Shown in pieces: positions 39,534 through 48,504 of a stretch of DNA of 63,126 bases. The stretch is taken from assembly GCA_964634305.1 (NCBI GenBank), contig CAZWLE010000005.1, forward strand, positions 1 through 63,126, given 5' to 3'. This DNA comes from an uncultured Candidatus Saccharibacteria bacterium. GTDB taxonomy: Bacteria > Patescibacteriota > Minisyncoccia > Phycocordibacterales > Phycocordibacteraceae. The notes below the pieces were generated by a model, which was given only the letters and a program-made list of their open reading frames with translations, was not told the origin of the DNA and searched no databases. Numbering within the stretch: position 1 is the first letter of the stretch; every line of letters starts with the position of its first letter. Both the position numbers and the translations under genes were made by a program.

Positions 39534-40070
39534 ATGCCCGCAATGAACCCTCGTCCCTGGTATGTCATTACAGGTGGACCGTGCGCAGGCAAAACATCTC
39601 TTATTGAAGAGCTTCGACGACGAGGATATGAGGTAGTGCCAGAAGCAGCGCGTGCCTATATCGAGGCTAATCTTGCTGCGGGTAAGACTATCAATGACAT
39701 TCGTGGTGATGCGGCAGCATTTCAGCGCGCCCTTATCCCTGTTAAAGAACATGCGGAAGCAAAGCTTTCGCCAGAATCCACTATATTCTTTGACCGTGGT
39801 ATGCACGACAGCATCGTATATCTTGAGCGTGCGGGAGTAACAGACGACCCGACTCTCGCTGCGGCGTTAGCGAAAACGTCATATGCCAAAGCATTTCTTC
39901 TAGACTTGCTGCCGTTTGAAACTGACCAAGCACGGACTGAAACTGCTGAAGAGGTGCAGCAGATTCATGAGGCTCTCGGTAAAGCATATGAATCTGCAGG
40001 TATACGAGTAGAGCGAGTCCCTGCTCTTTCCGTTACAGAACGTGCAGATTTTATCCTTTCTCATCTATGA
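39534..40070 (+). CDS. AAA_28-type P-loop ATPase/kinase-like protein
   Basis: Walker A ITGGPCAGKTS. Small 178-aa NadR-kinase-like layout. Its stop overlaps the purK ATG (ATGA). Confidence 0.65.
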   Translation: MPAMNPRPWYVITGGPCAGKTSLIEELRRRGYEVVPEAARAYIEANLAAGKTINDIRGDAAAFQRALIPVKEHAEAKLSPESTIFFDRGMHDSIVYLERAGVTDDPTLAAALAKTSYAKAFLLDLLPFETDQARTETAEEVQQIHEALGKAYESAGIRVERVPALSVTERADFILSHL

Positions 40071-41179
40071 CCCTTGGCATCGTTGGTGGCGGACAACTTG
40101 GGAAAATGCTTGCGGAAGCAGCGGTGAAGATTGGCGTTGGTACTGTCGTACTCGAAACGTCTACAGACTGTCCTGCTGCCGCAGTCACGCGCCATATTGA
40201 GGGTGCATTCTCTGACCACGATGCCGTGAAGGCGTTTGCTAAGGAAGCTGATGTGCTGACGTTTGAAATTGAGAGTGCAAACGCAGATGCATTGCAGGAG
40301 CTCGTGGCAGAGGGATATCCAGTGCACCCAACACCAGAAACGCTCTCGATAATCAAAGATAAGCTGCGTCAGAAAACGCTTTTCAAAGAACGCGGTATTC
40401 CGCTCGGACCGTTTATGGATGTTCCGGATGAGGAAGCAGCAAAAGCGGCAGGCACGGCGTTTGGCTATCCCTTTGTACTTAAGGCGCGCAGTGGCGGATA
40501 TGACGGTCGAGGGAACGCAACGGTAAAGAGCGAAGCAGATATCGCTGCAGCGTTTGAAAAACTTGGCAGCGCACGCCTCTACGCCGAAGCGTTCGTTCCG
40601 TTTGAAAAAGAACTAGCAGTGGTAGCTGTACGTACGACTAGTGGTGAGATTCGCACGTACCCTGTTGTTGAGACTATCCACGAGAATCACATTTGTATGA
40701 CTGTCATGGCGCCCGCACCGGTTGAGATATCGGTACGTGAGAAAGCAGAAGCCGTTGCGATAAAAGTACTCGAATCGTTTGAAGGTGCCGGCGTCTTTGG
40801 CATAGAGCTATTTTTGGTAGGGAACAATGTGCTCGTAAACGAAGTCGCACCACGCGTGCACAACAGTGGCCATTTCACGATTGAGGGCAGTGTCACTTCA
40901 CAGTTTGAAAACCATGTTCGTGCCGTCACTGATATGCCGCTAGGAGATACCGCGATGAAACATCCGGTCGCCGTGATGATAAATATTCTTGGTGACCGAA
41001 CGGGACCCACTGACCCGCAAGGTATCGCAGCAGCAGAAGCGCTCGGCGCTGCGGTCCATATCTACGGTAAGAAGGAGACCAAGCCAGCGCGCAAAATGGG
41101 ACATCTCACGTGTGTCGGGGATACGCTCGAAGAGGTGCTGGAGCGGGCGAAAAAAGCCCGGGCAAGTGTTAGTATCTAG
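40067..41179 (+). CDS. purK: N5-carboxyaminoimidazole ribonucleotide synthase
   Basis: ATP-grasp: LGIVGGGQLGKML, YPFVLKARSGGYDGRGN, NEVAPRVHNSGH. Confidence 0.9.
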   Translation: MTLGIVGGGQLGKMLAEAAVKIGVGTVVLETSTDCPAAAVTRHIEGAFSDHDAVKAFAKEADVLTFEIESANADALQELVAEGYPVHPTPETLSIIKDKLRQKTLFKERGIPLGPFMDVPDEEAAKAAGTAFGYPFVLKARSGGYDGRGNATVKSEADIAAAFEKLGSARLYAEAFVPFEKELAVVAVRTTSGEIRTYPVVETIHENHICMTVMAPAPVEISVREKAEAVAIKVLESFEGAGVFGIELFLVGNNVLVNEVAPRVHNSGHFTIEGSVTSQFENHVRAVTDMPLGDTAMKHPVAVMINILGDRTGPTDPQGIAAAEALGAAVHIYGKKETKPARKMGHLTCVGDTLEEVLERAKKARASVSI

Positions 41180-41182
41180 CCC

Positions 41183-41698
41183 ATGAGCGCAAAGGTCGGC
41201 ATCATCATGGGCTCTGATTCAGACTTGCCGGTCATGCAGGAGGCAGCGAAATTCCTGGACGATATCGGTATCGAGACAGAGGTGACGGTTGTCTCCGCGC
41301 ACCGTACGCCAGAGCGTCTGGTGGAGTATGCAACAACGGCTGAGCAGTGCGGCATAAGGGTAATTATCGCCGGCGCTGGTGGCGCAGCGCATCTCCCTGG
41401 TATGACAGCCTCCATGACACCACTTCCCGTCATTGGGGTACCGGTGACGACCAAATCAATGAAAGGTATCGATTCACTCCTTTCAATTGCACAAATGCCT
41501 CCAGGTATTCCGGTAGCGACGGTTGCGATAAATGGCGCAAAGAATGCAGGCATTCTTGCAGCGTCTATTCTTGGCGCGGGGGATGCGGAGACGCGGGACG
41601 CAGTACGTCGGTATAAAGAGCAGATGAAAGCTGAAGTGACAGCGAAAGCTGAGAAGCTCGAAGACCTCTCCTACGAACAGTATCTTTCACAAATGTAG
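41183..41698 (+). CDS. purE: N5-carboxyaminoimidazole ribonucleotide mutase
   Basis: [32 protein letters not shown]. Confidence 0.93.
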   Translation: MSAKVGIIMGSDSDLPVMQEAAKFLDDIGIETEVTVVSAHRTPERLVEYATTAEQCGIRVIIAGAGGAAHLPGMTASMTPLPVIGVPVTTKSMKGIDSLLSIAQMPPGIPVATVAINGAKNAGILAASILGAGDAETRDAVRRYKEQMKAEVTAKAEKLEDLSYEQYLSQM

Positions 41699-41700
41699 GT

Positions 41701-42825
41701 ATGGCGGGACAAAGCGAGTACGCAAAGGCAGGAGTGGACTATACGGTACTCGAACCGTTCAAGCAGGCGATGATTGCTGCCGGTAAGCGCACCGTTACCT
41801 TTCCAAACAAGCGCGATGTCTACATCAACACCGACGTACTTCACTCACATGGTGGGGTGTATGAATATCGCGGTACCGAAAAGCACATTTGGTGCAACAC
41901 GCAGGAGGGACTTGGTAACAAGAACTGGATTGCAGAGTGGATGTATCAGTTTGAAGGGAAGGGGAAGACGTATTACGACCAAATAGCGGTCGATACTGTG
42001 CTCATGGCTGCAAACGACGTTATTGCGCAAGGCGCGATGCCAGTCGTGTTTACGGACGAAGTCGCCGTTGGCGATGCGGCGTGGTTTGGCGATGAGAAGC
42101 GTGCGAACGATTTAGGAGAAGGGTTCTATCAGATATGTAAGGAGATAGGAGCGGCACTTCCTGCCGGTGAGTCACCAGCCCTTAAATATCTGTTGAAGTC
42201 AGAACCGCCGGTCACGAGCGCACCATCACTTTCAGGATGTGTGACCGGTATCATTGCGCCGTCTTCGCGACTTATTACGGGGAGTGATATGGCGGTGGGC
42301 GACCACATCATTGGGGTCACCTCGAGCGGTCTCCATGCAAACGGTATCTCGCTTGTTATTAAGAAAGCCATGGAGCTTCCAGACGCGTTTCTTACGAAGC
42401 TTCCTAACGGCAATACGCTTGGTGCAGAAGCACTTATTCCAACGCGTTCGTATGTTGCGCTTATCGAAACACTTCTTGAAAACGGCGTGATGCCACACGC
42501 ACTCTTGCCGGGTACCGGCGACGGCGTTGGTAAGCTCGCATTTGATAAGCGTCCACGCACCTATCGCGTGCACACCTGGGTTGAAGTACCGCCGCTCTTT
42601 ATGTATTTCCGTGAGCAACTCGGCCTTCCCCTCATGGATTGTTTGAAGACGTTTAACTGGGGCATTGGTTACTACCTCTTTGTTGGTAAAGACGATGTTG
42701 AGGAAGTACTTCGTCTTGGTACAGCAGCTGGCTATGAGCTCGTCGACGTTGGTGTCGTGGAGGAAGGAGAGCGTCAGACCGTCTTTGAACCAGAGGATAT
42801 CGTTCTTCCGCCACCCGGGGCATAA
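41701..42825 (+). CDS. purM: AIR synthase-like protein (divergent PurM)
   Basis: YAKAGVD at the N-terminus, PurM-like two-domain length, and the operon position of purM. The usual DGVGTK block reads EGLGNK. Confidence 0.65.
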   Translation: MAGQSEYAKAGVDYTVLEPFKQAMIAAGKRTVTFPNKRDVYINTDVLHSHGGVYEYRGTEKHIWCNTQEGLGNKNWIAEWMYQFEGKGKTYYDQIAVDTVLMAANDVIAQGAMPVVFTDEVAVGDAAWFGDEKRANDLGEGFYQICKEIGAALPAGESPALKYLLKSEPPVTSAPSLSGCVTGIIAPSSRLITGSDMAVGDHIIGVTSSGLHANGISLVIKKAMELPDAFLTKLPNGNTLGAEALIPTRSYVALIETLLENGVMPHALLPGTGDGVGKLAFDKRPRTYRVHTWVEVPPLFMYFREQLGLPLMDCLKTFNWGIGYYLFVGKDDVEEVLRLGTAAGYELVDVGVVEEGERQTVFEPEDIVLPPPGA

Positions 42826-43775
42826 TGAGAGGTATGACCGAGCCCGTACTCACGAAGACCAATTTGCCGTACCTTGGCACTAAGTACGAGGGCAAAGTGC
42901 GCGACGTATATGACCCGAACAATGGGACACTCATCATGATTGCGACGGACCGTCATTCTTCCTTTGACCGCCACATTGCGGACATTCCGCGTAAGGGTGA
43001 AATCCTGAATCGCATTAGTGCGTTTTGGTTTGAGAAAACAAAGCACATCGTTCCTAACCATGTTATTGCGGTACCTGACCCGAATGTGTTGGTAGCTAAG
43101 AAAACGGTGCCGCTCAAAGTAGAAGCCGTCATGCGTGGCTATCTCACTGGTGTCACCGGCACGTCCATTTGGACGCACTATCAAGCAGGGAAGCGTGACT
43201 TTGGTAACTTCACTTTGCCTGACGGGATGAAAAAGAATCAAATTCTCCCGGCACCCGTCTTCACGCCATCGACCAAAGAAGAGGGACACGACCGCACGCT
43301 CTCACCTGATGACATTGTTGCGGAAGGATTCATTGATAAAGACATGCTCGACAAGGTGGAGGCGTACTCACGCGCCTTGTTCGCGTTTGGTCAGGAGTAC
43401 GCGCGCAGTCGTGGTCTTATATTGGTCGACACTAAGTATGAGTTTGGTCTCGACGGTGACACCATTACGCTTATTGATGAGGTGCATACCCCTGACTCCT
43501 CACGCTGGTGGTATGCGACGTCCTACGAAGACCGTATGGAAGTCGGACTTGAGCCACAGTTTTTTGATAAAGAATTCCTACGACTCTGGTTCAAAGAACA
43601 CTCAGACCCCTATGGTGATGCGGAGCTTCCCGAAGCACCTGCAGAACTCATTGCAGAGATGACTGAACGATACGAGACGATTTACCAAGAAATTACCGGC
43701 GACGCACTGCCCCCGCTCACGGATGAATCCATTGAAGAACGCATAGCAACTGCTCTCAAACCATATGCAGCCTGA
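42825..43775 (+). CDS. purC: phosphoribosylaminoimidazole-succinocarboxamide synthase (long form)
   Basis: YEGKVRDVY, ATDRHSSFD, LIDEVHTPDSSRWW. The start overlaps the purM stop by 1 nt. An alternative ATG lies at 42834. Confidence 0.88.
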   Translation: MRGMTEPVLTKTNLPYLGTKYEGKVRDVYDPNNGTLIMIATDRHSSFDRHIADIPRKGEILNRISAFWFEKTKHIVPNHVIAVPDPNVLVAKKTVPLKVEAVMRGYLTGVTGTSIWTHYQAGKRDFGNFTLPDGMKKNQILPAPVFTPSTKEEGHDRTLSPDDIVAEGFIDKDMLDKVEAYSRALFAFGQEYARSRGLILVDTKYEFGLDGDTITLIDEVHTPDSSRWWYATSYEDRMEVGLEPQFFDKEFLRLWFKEHSDPYGDAELPEAPAELIAEMTERYETIYQEITGDALPPLTDESIEERIATALKPYAA

Positions 43776-45156
43776 ACTCTCTGCGATTAGTCCGCTAGAC
43801 GGACGCTACCGAGAAGCCGCAAAGCGGCTTGCGCCATGCATGAGCGAGTACGGACTCATTCGTAATCGTGTGGCGGTTGAAGTTGCGTACTTCCTTGCGC
43901 TTGCCGATGAGAAAGATATTCCCCTGACGCTCACTAAACCGGAGGAAGATATCGTGGCGCGTATCGCTGCGCTCTCAGAAAGTGATGCGGCATTGGTAAA
44001 ACAGATTGAGACCGAAGGTGCGCTCGGACGTCCTGCAACGCGTCACGATGTTAAAGCCGTTGAGTACTTCATCAAAGAACGCTTCAAAGGTACGACGCTT
44101 GAAGATAAAGGGGAGTGGGTGCACTTTGGCTTAACGTCTGAAGACGTTAACAACATCGCGTACGCCCTCATGCTTCGCGAAGGAACGGAGGCGCTGCTAG
44201 CAACGCTCGATACGCTGGTCGTGCGTCTTGAGAGTCTTGCAAACGATTACGCTTCAACTGCCATGCTTGCTCGTACGCACGGACAGCCAGCGTCCCCAAC
44301 GACCTTTGGAAAAGAGATGCGTGTTTTTGCCGCACGCTTGAAGCGTGAATGCGATACCCTCGCATCCTCTCGCATTCTTGCAAAACTAAACGGCGCAACT
44401 GGTAACTACCATGCCCTTGCGTATGCCTATCCGTCGATAGACTGGCCAAAGTTTTCCGAACGATTTATTGCTTCTTTGAATGTAGAGAAGCAGGGCATCA
44501 TGCTCGTTGCTAATCCGTACACCACCCAGATTGAGTCACATGACAGCTATGTCTCGCTCTTCCAGACACTGCATCGCGTGAATTCAATACTCACAGGCTT
44601 CAACCAGGATATGTGGCGCTACATCTCCGACGGGTGGGTGAAGCAGAAACCGAAGGCAGGTGAGGTCGGTTCATCGACAATGCCGCACAAAGTAAACCCG
44701 ATTGATTTTGAGCAGAGCGAGGGCAATCTTGGTATCGCAAACTCACTGCTCGAACATTTTGCACGGAAGCTTCCTATTTCCCGTATGCAGCGTGACCTTT
44801 CTGATTCTACCGTTGAGCGAAACTTTGGCGTCGCATTTGCATACTCACTCATCGCATATGAAGCGACCCTCCGCGGACTCGCCCGTGTTGAACCAAATCC
44901 TGTTGCTATGGCTGATGCGCTTGAGCAACATCCGGAAGTGATTGCCGAAGCAATACAGACCATTCTTCGTCGAGAAGGACAGGCTGATGCGTATGAAAAA
45001 TTGCGCGACCTGACGCGGGGCGCTGATATGACTATGGAAGGGCTACGAGGGTTTGTGAAAGGACTCATTATTGATGAGCCAACTAAACTTGAACTCCTGG
45101 CGCTCACGCCTGCCACGTACTTGGGTCTTGCTGAGCGACTAGCTCGAGGAGAGTAA
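43765..45156 (+). CDS. purB: adenylosuccinate lyase
   Basis: Fumarate-lyase signature GSSTMPHKVNP. SPLDGRY at the N-terminus. Confidence 0.92.
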   Translation: MQPELSAISPLDGRYREAAKRLAPCMSEYGLIRNRVAVEVAYFLALADEKDIPLTLTKPEEDIVARIAALSESDAALVKQIETEGALGRPATRHDVKAVEYFIKERFKGTTLEDKGEWVHFGLTSEDVNNIAYALMLREGTEALLATLDTLVVRLESLANDYASTAMLARTHGQPASPTTFGKEMRVFAARLKRECDTLASSRILAKLNGATGNYHALAYAYPSIDWPKFSERFIASLNVEKQGIMLVANPYTTQIESHDSYVSLFQTLHRVNSILTGFNQDMWRYISDGWVKQKPKAGEVGSSTMPHKVNPIDFEQSEGNLGIANSLLEHFARKLPISRMQRDLSDSTVERNFGVAFAYSLIAYEATLRGLARVEPNPVAMADALEQHPEVIAEAIQTILRREGQADAYEKLRDLTRGADMTMEGLRGFVKGLIIDEPTKLELLALTPATYLGLAERLARGE

Positions 45157-45161
45157 AAGAA

Positions 45162-45191
45162 GCCGCCATCCCTCTCTAGAGGGACGGCGGC
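45162..45191. terminator. hairpin between convergent purB and purH
   Basis: gccgccatccctc-tcta-gagggacggcggc, a 13-bp stem with one mismatch. Confidence 0.6.
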
Positions 45192-45329
45192 AAGGTGTGT
45201 GACGTGACCTGCAAGAGGACCGAGCGGGTCATGAGGGAATCCTTTCAAGAAAACCCGATACCTCTTAGCTGCAGGAAGCATCAAAAAACACGCCAGGCGT
45301 ATATTCCGTTATTCCGCTAAAAAAGCAAC

Positions 45330-46910
45330 CTAGTGGCCGAAGAAGCCGCGGCCGATACTGTCAGGGATGAGATAGAGTGCGGCGCTACGCTCTGTCGCAA
45401 GGTCAATTGAGAGCTGGTCGTTTTTGGACCCTGATGTAGAAAGAATCGCGGCTACACCCGCATCAAATAACGTTTGCGGTGCATCAGGGAAGGGGAAGAA
45501 GGAATCGCTATATGCGGCAGCACCAGAGAGGTCATGACCTGAACGCGTCGCACGCGCGATAGCAAGATTTGCGGCACCCACGCGGTCTTGTTGACCGACG
45601 CCGTTGCCGATAAGTGTGCCGTCTTTTACTAGAGCAATCGTATTGGAGTTAGAGGTGCTACCCACGGCCCACGCAAGAAGCATGTCATTCTCTTGCGAAG
45701 GCGTAGCGCTCCCATGTTTAGCAAGGTCGTTAGAGCTAAGGTCCATGACGAAGGTGTAGTTTGGCTGTCTAAGGAATCCGCCGCGGACATAGCGGGTACG
45801 AGGCGCGCTATCAAGCGATGCACGGGAAAGAGTCGCAAGTGCAGAGTTTGCGATAAAGCGACACTTATCACCCTTGCGACGGAGGCGTTCGCGCGCGCCT
45901 TCTTCAAACGACGGAGCAATGATGCCATCGAGCATCTTACCGGCAAGTGCTTCGGCAAGTTCATCGTCGATAGGGAAGTTTGCGAGAATGAGACCACCAA
46001 AAATAGAGAGAGGGTCACCGCTCATCATTTTCTCGAGTGCCTCACGTGGATCTTCAGCAACCGCAGCACCACATGGGTTTCCGTGTTTTGCACCTACCGC
46101 AATAAACGGCACGCTGCCACGATTTACGTCGTACGCTGCGGCAATGTGCGTAGCGGTCTGTAAAAGGCGGTCGATATCACACCAGTTGTTGTAGGAGGGT
46201 GGGGTACCTTCAAGAATCTCAAAGCGAGGAAGCGCGAGCGGGTCAGAGGTGTGGGTGTCATAAAGACCTGCAGGAGCTTGTGGTGCGTTCTCACCGTACT
46301 TACATTGCGCAACCCGCTTACCAACCGTGCCCGCATACTCGCCGTTACTGCGTCCTTCTGCAGACGCGAGTGCGTAACCTGCGACAATACCTTCAGCTTT
46401 TGCGGCAAGCGCATCAAGAAAGGCTTCCTCATCTGGTTTACCAGCCGCAAGCCAGGCCAATACTCGTTCACGGTCAGTAGGGTCGACCACGACCACGCAG
46501 CCCGCTTTTGCAGCGGCACGCACTGCGGTGGGACCACCAATATCAGTCTTCTCAATGACTGATGCTTTCGTGTGGGCAGGGTCAGCAAGTTCTGCCTGAA
46601 GTGGGTAGAAATCAACCGCTACAAGATGGAAGCGAGGAATATTAAGGCGTGCAAGCTCCTCTTCATCTTCTGCGACGTCGCGCGCAAGAATTCCGGCAAA
46701 GATTTCACGCGAGAGCGACACCACGCGATGACCAAGAATAGGGTCACCTACAATCGTTGCGATATCTGTTGCGACGACCCCGTCTTCAGCGAGTGCGCCA
46801 ACCGTACCCTTCGAACCGTAGATAGCGTATCCCTCTTTGACGAGTCCGCGGGCAAAGTCCGCGATACCCGTCTTGTCATAGGCCATGATGAGGGCGTTTT
46901 TGGTCGTCAT
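45330..46910 (-). CDS. purH: bifunctional AICAR formyltransferase / IMP cyclohydrolase
   Basis: MGS-like N-terminal domain (ALIMAYDKTGI) and the AICARFT block AVGAKHGNPCGAAV. Confidence 0.93.
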   Translation of the reverse strand: MTTKNALIMAYDKTGIADFARGLVKEGYAIYGSKGTVGALAEDGVVATDIATIVGDPILGHRVVSLSREIFAGILARDVAEDEEELARLNIPRFHLVAVDFYPLQAELADPAHTKASVIEKTDIGGPTAVRAAAKAGCVVVVDPTDRERVLAWLAAGKPDEEAFLDALAAKAEGIVAGYALASAEGRSNGEYAGTVGKRVAQCKYGENAPQAPAGLYDTHTSDPLALPRFEILEGTPPSYNNWCDIDRLLQTATHIAAAYDVNRGSVPFIAVGAKHGNPCGAAVAEDPREALEKMMSGDPLSIFGGLILANFPIDDELAEALAGKMLDGIIAPSFEEGARERLRRKGDKCRFIANSALATLSRASLDSAPRTRYVRGGFLRQPNYTFVMDLSSNDLAKHGSATPSQENDMLLAWAVGSTSNSNTIALVKDGTLIGNGVGQQDRVGAANLAIARATRSGHDLSGAAAYSDSFFPFPDAPQTLFDAGVAAILSTSGSKNDQLSIDLATERSAALYLIPDSIGRGFFGH

Positions 46911-46929
46911 GGCTCTATTCTAAACGGCA

Positions 46930-47796
46930 CTAATCAAACAGGCTAATTAAGTAGGTATCGAGGGTACGTTGGTCCAAATCGTAGAAGTGCTGTCCGTCTT
47001 CGTGTAGGTCACGGGCGAGCTTTTCGCCGACAAACCGCCAGTGCCAGGGCTCATACATGTAGTACGCGTTGCCTTTAGGGTAAGAGAGTACAAAGCCGTA
47101 CTTGTGAGCGTTGTCTGCAAGCCACGCGTACGCTTCGGTCGTCTCAAAAGAAGTGGTGAGACCATTACCGTTTTCTGGAGTCGAAAAATCAAGCGTGGTG
47201 CCGAGCTGATGTTCGGAATATCCCTGGTCAGCAGAGAAGGCGTTGGCGCCGCTTCCGTAGCGAACGGTGTAGTTTCCTTTAAGGATTTTCTGCGTATCAA
47301 ATGAGCGGTAGGCGGAGGTGATGCGTAGTTCAACGCCGTCGTCCTTTGCTTCACGCAATAGTGCCGTTAAAAAGGGTAGTGCCTCAGCATGGAAAAACTC
47401 ATCATCCTCATCACCGACAAGCTCTTGAGGAATCTGTCCAAGCTGTGACGGCACATAGTTTTCGTTTAAGAAATACACTTTTGAATACTTTGCGAGCAGT
47501 TCAGGGTCGATACGAGACAACTTATCGAGCTTTCCGACGGTGCCTGAGAGTCCTTCAATCTGTTCGGCAAACACATCATTACGACTTTTCTCTGTTTGGT
47601 ATGCGTCTTCAAGAACGTCGTACTCAGCTTGTGCTGTAGCAAGCTCCTCATCGCGTGTGGCGAGCGTTGAGGTTGCGGTGGAGAGGTCGGCACGGGTTTT
47701 CTGGAGGGCAGCGTTAGTTGCATACCACCCGTAGCCGATACCCGCTAGCACGAGGATGCCGAGCGCGAGAAACGGCAACATCGATACCTTCTTCAT
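46930..47796 (-). CDS. M15B (VanY-type) D-alanyl-D-alanine carboxypeptidase, membrane-anchored
   Basis: TM helix and coiled-coil, then SAYRSFDTQ, SEHQLGTTLDF and YEPWHWRFVG (Zn ligands). Confidence 0.85.
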   Translation of the reverse strand: MKKVSMLPFLALGILVLAGIGYGWYATNAALQKTRADLSTATSTLATRDEELATAQAEYDVLEDAYQTEKSRNDVFAEQIEGLSGTVGKLDKLSRIDPELLAKYSKVYFLNENYVPSQLGQIPQELVGDEDDEFFHAEALPFLTALLREAKDDGVELRITSAYRSFDTQKILKGNYTVRYGSGANAFSADQGYSEHQLGTTLDFSTPENGNGLTTSFETTEAYAWLADNAHKYGFVLSYPKGNAYYMYEPWHWRFVGEKLARDLHEDGQHFYDLDQRTLDTYLISLFD

Positions 47797-47825
47797 GGTG
47801 CGAGCATCCTACCACGGTGGACCGT

Positions 47826-48452
47826 CTAGGTCCTTGGGTCGCTTTTAGGCCACTCTGTTGCCTTAAATGCCGTTCGTTCAAAGCGGGTGGCAGGGCGGAG
47901 CGTACGTAGTGCCGCAGGGGTAAGCAAGGGAGTGTGAGGTGCGTCAGCGAGCGCGTCCGCTACCGTCCAGACGTTGTCTTCTGCGGTAATCCATGCGGTA
48001 CCAAATCGCTTTACGTTTACGGGCGCTGAGTACGCACGGAGTGTTTTCTTACCATCTTCGAGCATGTAGTACTCGTGGAAGTACGACATGGCGAGCTCGC
48101 GAACAGTACGATATGCAGGGTCACGGTAGCGGAGCATGGCGTGGTTCGTTTTCGAGAGTGCTCCCCAAAGACCGTTACGACGGAAGAGCGTCACGGCATG
48201 GTCTTCATCGTCTTTCGTGGTTTTGAAATTCATAACGAGCGGTTTTTCGCCGTGTATCCATAGGGCAACTGCCGCAAGAAGCGCGCCTTCAAGACAGTGT
48301 GCTTTTCTCTCCCTTAGTACCCTGCGAGGGCTAAGACACGTTTCTCCTTGCTTTTCATGATTGATAGGGAGGGTATCAAGGAAATCTTGAATCTTCTGTG
48401 GAGTGTTGAGCGCTCTAAGGGTGCGATATTCCTTGTCAGAAAGTCCGAGCAT
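47826..48452 (-). CDS. hypothetical protein with transglutaminase/papain-like Cys-His signature
   Basis: RKAHCLEGALLAA (candidate nucleophile Cys), then DEDHAV (His) about 35 residues later, then GALSKTN. Confidence 0.4.
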   Translation of the reverse strand: MLGLSDKEYRTLRALNTPQKIQDFLDTLPINHEKQGETCLSPRRVLRERKAHCLEGALLAAVALWIHGEKPLVMNFKTTKDDEDHAVTLFRRNGLWGALSKTNHAMLRYRDPAYRTVRELAMSYFHEYYMLEDGKKTLRAYSAPVNVKRFGTAWITAEDNVWTVADALADAPHTPLLTPAALRTLRPATRFERTAFKATEWPKSDPRT

Positions 48453-48504
48453 GGTGTCAGGATAGCATTCGTCATTACCGCCCCACTTGGTCGTCTAGTA
48501 CTAT

